From a virus (taxonomy: Duplodnaviria; Caudoviricetes), in IMG/VR virus record IMGVR_UViG_3300046678_000278, positions 1 through 64,000 of that record: 64,000 bases of DNA. The stretch is one strand, 5' to 3'. This document shows, in pieces, positions 39,178 through 47,949 of this stretch. The notes under the pieces were generated by a model. It ran no database searches. It was not told the origin of the DNA and saw only the letters and a program-made list of their open reading frames with translations. Numbering within the stretch: the first letter of the stretch is position 1; each line of letters opens with the position of its first letter. The position numbers were made by a program, and so were the translations under genes.

Positions 39178-39360
39178 ATGACTACTAAACAGTTGATAGC
39201 TAGAATTGGTTTCACCTCAATGGTATTTGTTATCTTGGGAACTCTAGTTTTTGGAATGATTTCCAGTATAGGGTGGTTTGGCGCATTGGTTGTTTTTAGT
39301 ATGATTTTCTGCATTTTACTTGTAGTAGCTGCCTTTATGTGGTGTGCAAACAATATGTGA
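39178..39360 (+). CDS. Small two-TM membrane protein
   Basis: Two hydrophobic helices. Confidence 0.5.
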   Translation: MTTKQLIARIGFTSMVFVILGTLVFGMISSIGWFGALVVFSMIFCILLVVAAFMWCANNM

Positions 39361-39453
39361 TTTATATGAATAACACTAAATGGTTTATAATTGCTATTAT
39401 TTTATTGTTGCTACAAATTATACAAATTTTTTATTGGTTCATAAGGTGTACAA

Positions 39454-39639
39454 ATGCTTAGTAAAATAGATAAAAAATTCGCTACGGTTGTTGATGTTAC
39501 AGCTGGATATAGTTCAACTGGACTTTATTTAGATATTTTTGTGCCTACCAAATCTAGAGAAGATCACGGGAACCTCAAGGAAGCTATCAAGAAACTTATC
39601 GAAGCAGCAGGATATGAAGTCTATAGAGGCGCTAAATAA
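39454..39639 (+). CDS. Hypothetical protein
   Basis: AAGGTG SD. Confidence 0.5.
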   Translation: MLSKIDKKFATVVDVTAGYSSTGLYLDIFVPTKSREDHGNLKEAIKKLIEAAGYEVYRGAK

Positions 39640-39713
39640 TTTTGAACAAAAAGGGTTTACATCTCTCAAAAATGAAAATAAGGGACTAAATTAACTATGA
39701 GGAGAGATAAAAA

Positions 39714-40022
39714 ATGCCTACCTATAGTTTTTTCTGCAAAAAATGTGATCTTGAATTTTCTGAGATGTGCATGTATAGTGATAAAAAGAAAGTTGGTTGC
39801 CCTAAGTGTGGCAAGAAGAAGTTAAGTGAGCTTGTGACAGGACCAAGAGCTATCATATTCAAGGAAAAGAAGGGTACTAGTAGGGAAGATAATTTTGAGT
39901 ACGTTGCACAATGGAATGCAGAACAAAATCAAAACTTGAGAAGGGCCGCTGAAAATGCTAATAAACACGGCGATCCTTATAAGCATATAGATGATTCAAG
40001 ATACGAAGGAAAAATAGTTTAG
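39714..40022 (+). CDS. FmdB-family zinc-ribbon protein
   Basis: MPTYSFFCKKC...F...CPKCG. Confidence 0.85.
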   Translation: MPTYSFFCKKCDLEFSEMCMYSDKKKVGCPKCGKKKLSELVTGPRAIIFKEKKGTSREDNFEYVAQWNAEQNQNLRRAAENANKHGDPYKHIDDSRYEGKIV

Positions 40023-40024
40023 TC

Positions 40025-40052
40025 TTGACTTTTTAAATTTTTAGTGTAGATT
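40025..40052 (+). promoter_or_regulatory. Possible sigma70-type promoter for prkA
   Basis: TTGACT-N16-TAGATT, about 150 nt upstream of the ATG. Confidence 0.4.
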
Positions 40053-40201
40053 AGCTTTAGTAAATTAAGTCCCATCATAATAATAACTCGTCGATAATAA
40101 TTCTCAAATAATATTGTAAGAAGATAGTTTCTATTCATAGTGCTATAAGATATGTTTATAAGACACATCTGTACGCACACATCTTTTAGGGAGCGGGTTA
40201 T

Positions 40202-42313
40202 ATGACCGTTAAAACAAGCCGTCGTTTTGAAGAACTTTCCAAGCAGTTTGATCGTGAAAAGTATCAGAAACTCACCGAGAAGATGAGCTTTCCACAATAC
40301 TTGGATCGTGTATTTGATCGTCCAAGATTGGCCTATAGTGCCTATCAAAGACTTTATAGTATGATTATTTCTGCTGGAACCTATAATATTGAGCGATATC
40401 GCAAAACCGTTACGAAGTACAAGTTCTTCAACGACCCAGAGATTCCAATCTTTGGTCTAGAAGATACTTTAGGAAATCTAGTCAAACACGTCAAAGGTGC
40501 TGCAAGCTGGCACGGAACAGAGAAGCGTATTCTATTGCTTCACGGACCAGTAGGCTCGTCCAAGTCTACCATCTGCCGTCTTCTAAAGCGTGGTCTAGAA
40601 CGATATAGTCAAACAGATGATGGTGCAATTTACACCTACACCTGGACAAATCTTGGTGAAATCAAGAACGACCGTGGAGAAGTCTTGTTCCCAGCGCTTG
40701 ACATTAAGGATGAATGCAAGTGTCCAATGAACGATGATCCATTGAAGTTAATCCCAAGCTATATGCGTAAAGAGATTCAAGACCGTTTGAATCAAATCAA
40801 CGAAGAGGGTAGCACAACCCCAGAAATGAAAAGCACCATTTACCAGATTCGTTTAGGTGGTGAACTAAACCCACAATGCGACTTCTACATGACAGAGTTG
40901 CTAAAACGTTATAATGGCGACTGGGGTAAGGTTGTAGAAAACCATATCGAAGTTCGTAGAATCGTCTTGAGTGAATCCAAGCGTGTTGGTATCGGTACTT
41001 TCCAACCAAAAGACCCGAAGAATCAAGATGCAACAGAACTCACAGGTGATATCAACTACACCAAGTTGGCTCACTATGGCGTTGACTCCGATCCAAGAGC
41101 GTTTGGTTTCGACGGTGAATTTGAAGTAGCCAACCGTGGCTTCATCGAGTTCATTGAAGTTCTCAAATTGGAAAAAGAGTTCTTGTATGACTTGCTAGGC
41201 GTTTGCCAAGAACGTCAATTCAAACCAAAGAAATTTCCACAAATCGACGTTGATATGGTCATCGTCGGCCACACCAACAATCCTGAGTTCGTCAAGTTAC
41301 AGCAAGACGTAACAATGGAAGCTCTTCGTGATAGAACAGTTCGTGTTGACGTTCCTTACTTGCTACGTTGGACTGACGAGCTTAAAGTTTTGGAACAAGA
41401 TTACGGCAAGGAAAGAGTTAAGAACATCCACATTGCTCCGCATACCTTGGAAATCGCTGCATTGTGGGCAATTTTGACACGCCTCAAGGACGGCAAGGAC
41501 AACGTAAGTCTTGTCGATAAGGCAAAACTTTATGACGGTCGAAGTATGCCAGGATGGACAGAAGATCGTGTAAAGGAATTGCGTGACAAGTATGCTGATG
41601 AAGGCATGTCCCGTGGTGTATCCGCCCGTTACGTCCAGAACAAGATTGCAAACGCACTTGTAAGCAATCCTGGTTACGTCAACATGTTCATGGTCCTCAA
41701 CGAAATCAAGGAAGGCTTAGGCACATTCGCCCTAATCGTTGATGAAAATGATCGTCAACACTACGACAACTGCATAGAGTTGGTTAAGAAGGAACTAGAC
41801 GATATCTTGAAAAAGGAAGTTCAACGAGCCTTGGTTGCTGATGAGAACGCAATCACCCGTTTGTACACCAACTACATCGACAACGTTGTAGCGCACGTTG
41901 AAAAGACAAAGATTACCGACCCATTCACAGGCGCTGAGATGGAACCAGATGAACGCTTGATGAGAGCAATCGAAGAGAAAGCCGATATCGGCGATCAATA
42001 CGCAGACGATTTCCGTCGCCAGATTGCAACTTACATTGGTACTCAACACATGAAGGGCAAGGAAGTTCGTTGGGACAGCAATCCTAAGTTGGCAAAGGCT
42101 TTGGAAAAGAAGCTCTTTGAAGACACCAAGGACACAATCAAGTTGTCTGCTCTAAGCAAGGGCGCAACTGTAGGTGACAAAGACCTTCAAGAGAAGATCG
42201 ACGCCGTTAAGACACGAATGATTCGCAACTACGGCTACAACGAAAACAGTGCTACAGACGTACTAAACTACGTTGCAAGTATCTTCGCCCGTGGCGAAAC
42301 CTCTGATAACTAA
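40202..42313 (+). CDS. prkA: PrkA/YeaG-family AAA+ protein
   Basis: LLHGPVGSSKS Walker A, GIGTFQP.DPKNQD.TELTG, DPRAF.FDGEF..ANRG..EF.E..K, EALRDR, G.SARY, YGYN..SA.DVL. Confidence 0.95.
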   Translation: MTVKTSRRFEELSKQFDREKYQKLTEKMSFPQYLDRVFDRPRLAYSAYQRLYSMIISAGTYNIERYRKTVTKYKFFNDPEIPIFGLEDTLGNLVKHVKGAASWHGTEKRILLLHGPVGSSKSTICRLLKRGLERYSQTDDGAIYTYTWTNLGEIKNDRGEVLFPALDIKDECKCPMNDDPLKLIPSYMRKEIQDRLNQINEEGSTTPEMKSTIYQIRLGGELNPQCDFYMTELLKRYNGDWGKVVENHIEVRRIVLSESKRVGIGTFQPKDPKNQDATELTGDINYTKLAHYGVDSDPRAFGFDGEFEVANRGFIEFIEVLKLEKEFLYDLLGVCQERQFKPKKFPQIDVDMVIVGHTNNPEFVKLQQDVTMEALRDRTVRVDVPYLLRWTDELKVLEQDYGKERVKNIHIAPHTLEIAALWAILTRLKDGKDNVSLVDKAKLYDGRSMPGWTEDRVKELRDKYADEGMSRGVSARYVQNKIANALVSNPGYVNMFMVLNEIKEGLGTFALIVDENDRQHYDNCIELVKKELDDILKKEVQRALVADENAITRLYTNYIDNVVAHVEKTKITDPFTGAEMEPDERLMRAIEEKADIGDQYADDFRRQIATYIGTQHMKGKEVRWDSNPKLAKALEKKLFEDTKDTIKLSALSKGATVGDKDLQEKIDAVKTRMIRNYGYNENSATDVLNYVASIFARGETSDN

Positions 42314-42340
42314 GAATAATATTTCATATTAATAATACAA

Positions 42341-42363
42341 GAAGGGGGGATTTTCCCCCCTTC
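42341..42363 (+). terminator. GC-rich hairpin after prkA
   Basis: gaagggggga-ttt-tccccccttc. Confidence 0.7.
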
Positions 42364-42380
42364 TATTTACGGGAGATTTT

Positions 42381-42632
42381 ATGGAGATGGAATGCTTAGA
42401 ACTGACTTATAAAAAGCCTCAACAACCAAGATCATTAAATGGTTATTACTATGGTTATGATAATTGGGATTGGGAAGTCACTAAAACAAATCTAGGAACA
42501 TTCAGAGAAGAACCCAAGCCACCTAAAGTTGCTTGGTCTAGGGAAATGGCTAGAGAGTTTGGAGTAGAATATTATGGAAGTAGTAACCTTGACGTACAAA
42601 AAGCCAAATTGCAAAAAGACAGTAACGCTTGA
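42381..42632 (+). CDS. YKKP-tag small protein 1
   Basis: MEMECLELTYKKP; GGGAG SD. Confidence 0.6.
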   Translation: MEMECLELTYKKPQQPRSLNGYYYGYDNWDWEVTKTNLGTFREEPKPPKVAWSREMAREFGVEYYGSSNLDVQKAKLQKDSNA

Positions 42633-42735
42633 TGGATATGCAAGAATTAGAATACCACTAATAAGAAGATTGCAACCACAGAGCATGATTCAAGTGCCAT
42701 TGGTAGCAAAGCCGTTTCCTCACCTTATAGCATAG
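42574..42735 (+). CDS. YKKP-tag small protein 2, 53 aa (not in the ORF track)
   Basis: GGAG SD at 42561; MEVVTLTYKKPNCKKTVTLDGYARIRIPLIRRLQPQSMIQVPLVAKPFPHLIA*. Confidence 0.65.
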   Translation: MEVVTLTYKKPNCKKTVTLDGYARIRIPLIRRLQPQSMIQVPLVAKPFPHLIA

Positions 42736-42745
42736 GAAAATTAAT

Positions 42746-42973
42746 ATGGAACTTCTAGACTTTGATTACCGAAAACCGACTAGGTTTCAAAGATATGTAG
42801 CCCGCAATTTAGAGCTTGTTAAAAGACAAGAAGAAGAAAAGTTGGCAAAGTTTAATGAGCGAACACGGTCAGTAATAGAACAGATGAAGAAATTATATGG
42901 ATATAGTACGGAATCAGCACATGATGTATTAAGTCATGTTCATAAATCATACAAAGAAAACATACAGGGGTAA
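42746..42973 (+). CDS. YKKP-tag small protein 3 carrying a PrkA C-terminus-like segment
   Basis: MELLDFDYRKP...MKKLYGYSTESAHDVLSHV; AGGA SD. Confidence 0.7.
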   Translation: MELLDFDYRKPTRFQRYVARNLELVKRQEEEKLAKFNERTRSVIEQMKKLYGYSTESAHDVLSHVHKSYKENIQG

Positions 42974-42976
42974 AAT

Positions 42977-44212
42977 ATGCCACACAATATAAAAGAAGAT
43001 CACAAAGAGTTCAGAGATGTAGTAGGCGGAAAGGTTAGAGACGAACTCAAGAAGTTTATAAGAACAGGCAAGATATTCAGACAGCGTGGTAAAAATGGTA
43101 AAGTTGGTGTTACTATTCCACGTATTGATTTACCTCATATTGTTTTCGGCAAGCCAAATGAAGGTGTAGGTCGTGGTCCTGGTGGTCCTGGTGATATTAT
43201 CGGTAAAGACCCAGATAAAGGCAAAGACGGAACAGGTGCAGATGGCGATCATGCAGAAGGTATTGTTGTTCAAGTAGACCTAGAATACATTCTCAAACTA
43301 TTGAAGGATGAGCTAGAACTTCCTGACCTTCTACCAAAAGCAAGTCAAACTTTTGAAGACGAGAAAACTGTCTATAACGGTATTTCTAAAGTTGGTCCAA
43401 ATGCACTTCTACACAAACGAAGAACGTTAAGAGAAACTATGAAGCGTGTTTCTGCTGCTGGCGGACTTGATAAAACCGCAGTGGTTCCTGGTTTCAATCA
43501 GCCAGTAAGATTGCTTCTTCCAAATAACGATGATAGACGATATCGCCAGTATAATATTGTTAAGCGACCAATTAGCAATGCTGTAATATTCTACATGCGT
43601 GATGGTTCTGGTTCTATGGACCCATTTAAGTGTGATATTGTCAGTGATGTTTGCTGGTGGTTAGACTTGTGGATTCGTACATTTTATAAAAAGACGGAAT
43701 CATGTTATATTTGGCACGATACCGAAGCTAAGGAAGTATCGCAAGAGAATTTCTATAACTTGAGATTCGGTGGTGGTACACGTTGTTCATCGTCCTTGAG
43801 GTTAATGAAAAAGTTAATTCAGCCAAAGAGCAAGTATGATCCTTCCAAGTGGAATATTTATGCTTTCTATTTTGGTGATGGTGAAAACGAACAGAACGAC
43901 AATCCAAATTTCAGTAAGTTATTAAAGAATGATCTTGGACCAAAGAAGGTTAACTTGTTTGGTTTAACACAGGTTCTAGCGCATGGCTATGATGGAACAT
44001 TGAAGCACCATGTTGATAAGCAGCTTGAAGGTGGAAAATTGTCTGCTGAACACACCAGAACTACTGCAATCGACCGTCCAGAAGGCGCAAGTTGGGATTA
44101 TTATCAAGACCCAGCAAATCGTGATGAAGCTGTTAAGAAGGCATTGAAAGATTTGCTTGGAAAGAATGTCAAGGCTGGTCGTAGCACGGTTAAGATCGAG
44201 GAAATAGCATGA
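42977..44212 (+). CDS. yeaH: YeaH/YhbH (DUF444) vWA-domain protein
   Basis: IPRIDLP..VFG, DDRRYR, AVIFYMRDGSGSM (MIDAS), GGT..SS, WNIY.F...DGEN. Confidence 0.9.
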   Translation: MPHNIKEDHKEFRDVVGGKVRDELKKFIRTGKIFRQRGKNGKVGVTIPRIDLPHIVFGKPNEGVGRGPGGPGDIIGKDPDKGKDGTGADGDHAEGIVVQVDLEYILKLLKDELELPDLLPKASQTFEDEKTVYNGISKVGPNALLHKRRTLRETMKRVSAAGGLDKTAVVPGFNQPVRLLLPNNDDRRYRQYNIVKRPISNAVIFYMRDGSGSMDPFKCDIVSDVCWWLDLWIRTFYKKTESCYIWHDTEAKEVSQENFYNLRFGGGTRCSSSLRLMKKLIQPKSKYDPSKWNIYAFYFGDGENEQNDNPNFSKLLKNDLGPKKVNLFGLTQVLAHGYDGTLKHHVDKQLEGGKLSAEHTRTTAIDRPEGASWDYYQDPANRDEAVKKALKDLLGKNVKAGRSTVKIEEIA

Positions 44213-44574
44213 ACTCTAACGATGTATTCAAACTCCTAAAGACTGGCGTTAAGTTTAAACGTCATATGGAGTGTGTTGAAGCTGGTTATGGTTGCAAGCT
44301 AGGCCAAAACTATACCCAAGAAGGTGTTGTTTATAAACCCGCCAGATGGGTTAAAAGGCAATATGACAATCCGCCAAGATACAAAGAGTTAATTGCGGAA
44401 GTGCCTTATGTTGACAGGGATGGAGTAACTAAAAAGGGTTATCTTTGTATTAGGTCTAGTCATCTTGATAAAAGTGATATTGAACCATTAGAGAATGGGT
44501 TTAAAGTTGTTGGAAAACCAGACCCAAACTTTAATATGGGAGTTTGGAACGAAACTTACATATTAGAAGAATAA
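44209..44574 (+). CDS. Hypothetical protein between yeaH and spoVR
   Basis: 121 aa; ATGA overlap with yeaH. Confidence 0.55.
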   Translation: MNSNDVFKLLKTGVKFKRHMECVEAGYGCKLGQNYTQEGVVYKPARWVKRQYDNPPRYKELIAEVPYVDRDGVTKKGYLCIRSSHLDKSDIEPLENGFKVVGKPDPNFNMGVWNETYILEE

Positions 44575-44597
44575 CTTAAATCTTTGGAGATATACAA

Positions 44598-46157
44598 ATG
44601 GCTCAGAGCTTAATGCAGACGCCAGAATTGCTTAAAGGAAACAATACTATACCCGGCGTAAAGATTCCTGATGAAATTCTCAAGGAAATCCCTGGTATTT
44701 TTAAGGCTTGTAGGGATTGGGGATTGGATTTTTATCCAACTGTAGTAGAGTTTCTAGACTATGACGGAATTTCAGAGGTTGCTGCTTATGGTGGTTTCCC
44801 TGTAAGATTCCCTCACTGGTCTTGGGGTGAACAATATGAAGAACTGTCCCGTGGATATGAGTTTGGAATGCATCGTATCTATGAAATGGTTATTAATACA
44901 AATCCATGTTATATCTACTGCTTGGATTCTAACACTTGGGTTGACCACGTAACAGTTATTGCTCACGCTACAGGTCATAATGACTTCTTTAAGAATAACA
45001 TTTTCTTCTCTCAGACAAGCCAGAACATGATGAATGAATTGGCTAACCACGGAACTCGTATCCGCAAGTACATAGCGGAATGGGGTAAGGAAGATGTCGG
45101 TAAATTTATTGATAAGGTTATGTCTGTTGAAACCCTTCTAGACCCAGCTAAGGCATGGTTGAAGAGAAGACAGAAAGAGCCAATTCCAGAGATTCGCCGT
45201 CAGTATAATCATCCAAGGCGTTTGAAGGTCGAAAAGGGTCACGAACACATGGAAGAATGGATTAACACTAAGGATTATATTGATGCTGAAAAGAAAAGGA
45301 TTCGTGAAGAAGAGTTGAAGAAGAGCATTGGATTATTCCAAGGTGTTGATAAAGATATTTTTGGTTTCTTGAAAGATAATGCTCCAATGAAACCGTGGCA
45401 AGAAGACATTATTAGTATGTTGTATGAGGAATCAATGTATTTTGCTCCTCAAGGACAGACTAAGATGCTTAATGAGGGATGGGCGTCTAAGGTTGATAGT
45501 GAAATGATGGCCCGGCACGGATTAGCTAAGGATGGCGGTATTGTTGAATATTCAGCACACAAGGCTGGTGTTCTTGGTGGTAAAGAATCCATGAATCCAT
45601 ATAAGATGGGTTACTTGCTTTTAGAAGATATTGAGGAAAGATGGAACAAGGGAAAATTCGGCAATGAATACGATGATTGCGAAGATTTCCGTGAGAAGTT
45701 GAATTGGGATAAAAAGCTAGGATTAGGACATGACAAAATTTTTGAAGTTCGCAAGTATTATGATGACGTAACTGCTATTAGTGAATTTTTCACTCAAGAA
45801 TTTTGTGATAAGTATGAGTTCTTTATTTGGAGAAGATTCCCAGACGGAACTTATAAGATCATGGAAAGAGATGCTAAGAAGATTAAGCATATGCTATTAC
45901 AGCAAAAAGTTAATCGTGGCTTACCTACTATTAAATTAGTAGAACCAAACTACAAGAACCGTCGTGTGTTTTTAATGGAACACCAATGGGACGGAAGAAC
46001 TTTGCATCCAACCCAAACCAGTGAAACTATGAAGGCGCTAAGTTATATCTGGAAAGGTCCATGTGCCATCTTGACTAAAAACAAGGATAACAAGCAGATT
46101 ATGTACTACTGTGAAGATGCTAATGCAAAGGTCGAAGTTGGAGAACCAGCCATCTAA
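44598..46157 (+). CDS. spoVR: SpoVR/YcgB family protein
   Basis: GFPVRFPHWSWG, IYEMVIN..PC, AH..GHNDFFKNN, YFAPQGQTKMLNEGWAS, NPYKMG. Confidence 0.95.
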   Translation: MAQSLMQTPELLKGNNTIPGVKIPDEILKEIPGIFKACRDWGLDFYPTVVEFLDYDGISEVAAYGGFPVRFPHWSWGEQYEELSRGYEFGMHRIYEMVINTNPCYIYCLDSNTWVDHVTVIAHATGHNDFFKNNIFFSQTSQNMMNELANHGTRIRKYIAEWGKEDVGKFIDKVMSVETLLDPAKAWLKRRQKEPIPEIRRQYNHPRRLKVEKGHEHMEEWINTKDYIDAEKKRIREEELKKSIGLFQGVDKDIFGFLKDNAPMKPWQEDIISMLYEESMYFAPQGQTKMLNEGWASKVDSEMMARHGLAKDGGIVEYSAHKAGVLGGKESMNPYKMGYLLLEDIEERWNKGKFGNEYDDCEDFREKLNWDKKLGLGHDKIFEVRKYYDDVTAISEFFTQEFCDKYEFFIWRRFPDGTYKIMERDAKKIKHMLLQQKVNRGLPTIKLVEPNYKNRRVFLMEHQWDGRTLHPTQTSETMKALSYIWKGPCAILTKNKDNKQIMYYCEDANAKVEVGEPAI

Positions 46158-46162
46158 ACAAA

Positions 46163-46200
46163 ATCCCACCTGAAATGGGTGGGATATATTTTATTTTTTT
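46163..46200 (+). terminator. Rho-independent terminator
   Basis: atcccacc-tgaaatg-ggtgggat followed by a T-rich tract. Confidence 0.7.
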
Positions 46201-46254
46201 GAAATCAATACTACACTAATGTACCGATTCAAAAATCCTAGGAGATAATTAATA

Positions 46255-47265
46255 ATGAAGATTTTTAAGTATATCGCTATTGCTTTAATGGGTGCAGTAA
46301 CAGTTTTTGGGCTGTCACTCACTCCCGCAGTTTCCCAAGAAAAAGCCAAAGTAGCTAAAGTAGCTCAAATTAAAAAGATGACACCGGATGAAATTCCGCA
46401 GTATTTACAAGACCTTAGTGTTACAATTCATGCAGGCCGTTCTCAAGGTTCAGGCGTAATTAAGACTCGTGATGGTGTTAATTATATTCTAACTGCTGGA
46501 CACGTTGTAGAGGGTTTGCGACATACTCGTTCGATTATTGACCCAAAGACAGGCGGCTCTCGTACAAAAATCGAATTTGAAGATGCTAAGATTGTTAAAG
46601 AAATCTATGATGACGACGGACGATCAGTAGGTAGAGTTATAATGGATGCCGAAGTGCTTCGTTATAGCGATGCAGATAATGGTGAAGATTTGGCACTTCT
46701 AAGACTTCGCAAGAAGAATTTTGTTAAATCATCTGTTAATTTCGATAGTAAGGGAATAGTACCAGTAGGTACAGATTTGTTACACGTAGGTTCTCTTCTA
46801 GGTCAGCTTGGTTCAAATAGTTTGACGACTGGTGTAGTAAGTCAACAAGGTCGTGTGTTGAGAGGCGTAGTTTACGATCAGTCCACATGTGCTGCCTTTC
46901 CAGGTAGTTCAGGTGGTGGTATCTATCGCAAGGCTGACGGCGCTTATGTTGGCATGATTGTTCGTGGTGCCGGTGAAACATTCAATCTTTATGTCCCAAT
47001 GCGTCGTATGAGAACATGGGCAGAACGTCAAGGTATTCAATTCGTTTTTGATGATGCTGTTGCTGTTCCTACCGAAAAGGTTCTTCGTAGTTCTCCAATC
47101 GAAGATGTAGCAGGCGAAGATAGAAAAGATCAGAAGTCGAACCCAAGCCCACATAATAATGTTAATGAACCTAATATTCAGTTTAGACTTTATGTGCGAC
47201 CAACTAACCCAACTCCAAGTTCAATTCCACAAGTTAAGTTGGGAAGATTTCAAGCTAGCTGGTAA
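46255..47265 (+). CDS. Trypsin-like (S1) serine protease with signal peptide
   Basis: ILTAGHV, DLALL and FPGSSGGG catalytic triad; N-terminal K plus hydrophobic signal. Confidence 0.85.
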   Translation: MKIFKYIAIALMGAVTVFGLSLTPAVSQEKAKVAKVAQIKKMTPDEIPQYLQDLSVTIHAGRSQGSGVIKTRDGVNYILTAGHVVEGLRHTRSIIDPKTGGSRTKIEFEDAKIVKEIYDDDGRSVGRVIMDAEVLRYSDADNGEDLALLRLRKKNFVKSSVNFDSKGIVPVGTDLLHVGSLLGQLGSNSLTTGVVSQQGRVLRGVVYDQSTCAAFPGSSGGGIYRKADGAYVGMIVRGAGETFNLYVPMRRMRTWAERQGIQFVFDDAVAVPTEKVLRSSPIEDVAGEDRKDQKSNPSPHNNVNEPNIQFRLYVRPTNPTPSSIPQVKLGRFQASW

Positions 47266-47288
47266 ATAATATAATAGCAACGTAAATA

Positions 47289-47313
47289 AGGGCAGGCATT
47301 TGCCTGCCTTTTT
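47289..47313 (+). terminator. Rho-independent terminator
   Basis: agggcaggca-tt-tgcctgccttttt. Confidence 0.7.
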
Positions 47314-47341
47314 CTTATCTTTCTTCTTTATAGAGGTTACT

Positions 47342-47662
47342 ATGTCTTACTATGCGGATAAATTGGATAATTTTGTCAACTTAGCTACGACTGGTCATAT
47401 GAATCTTGAAGAATTTGATGGAACAGATTTAGAATATAGGTTCATGGATACCAGCGACCCTACAAACATTGAAGCTGCAAGAGATTATTTTCAATTAGAG
47501 TTAGGTTTTCTTGGCGGTTTAGATAAAGAAGATTTGGAATCTATATGGGAAATGGCTATTGAAGATTGTCGTTGCACTAAGGAACTATTTAATGCAATTA
47601 AAGTTTTAAAGGATAAATATGGACAACAAGTATATGAATCCGATTACGGTACTCCGTTCTAA
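47342..47662 (+). CDS. Acidic hypothetical protein
   Basis: GAGG SD, start MSYYAD. Confidence 0.55.
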   Translation: MSYYADKLDNFVNLATTGHMNLEEFDGTDLEYRFMDTSDPTNIEAARDYFQLELGFLGGLDKEDLESIWEMAIEDCRCTKELFNAIKVLKDKYGQQVYESDYGTPF

Positions 47663-47694
47663 AATAAAAGAATGGACAGAAAAAATTAAAAATT

Positions 47695-47937
47695 ATGATT
47701 ACAGCAAAAAATCCTTGGACAAGACGAATCCAGATAAAAAGTCTAAATAATACCTTAGCCGTTTTATCAAAAGAATGGGTAGATCGTCCTTGGAATGAAC
47801 AACTCAAGAAATTAATTACTAAGCTAGCTCAAAATTTTTTAACTAAATATTCCACGCCTCCGGGCATTACATTTGCAGTTGTACTTGAAAAAAATAATTT
47901 AGATGTTATATTTAAGGGTATAAAGATTGTAGATTAA
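47695..47937 (+). CDS. Hypothetical protein
   Basis: 80-aa ORF. Confidence 0.45.
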   Translation: MITAKNPWTRRIQIKSLNNTLAVLSKEWVDRPWNEQLKKLITKLAQNFLTKYSTPPGITFAVVLEKNNLDVIFKGIKIVD

Positions 47938-47949
47938 TAAGAGAATATA

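Noticed and set aside
44209-44574. Internal MECVEAGY as a fifth YKKP tag
   Set aside because: It is internal and lacks the [KR]KP part.
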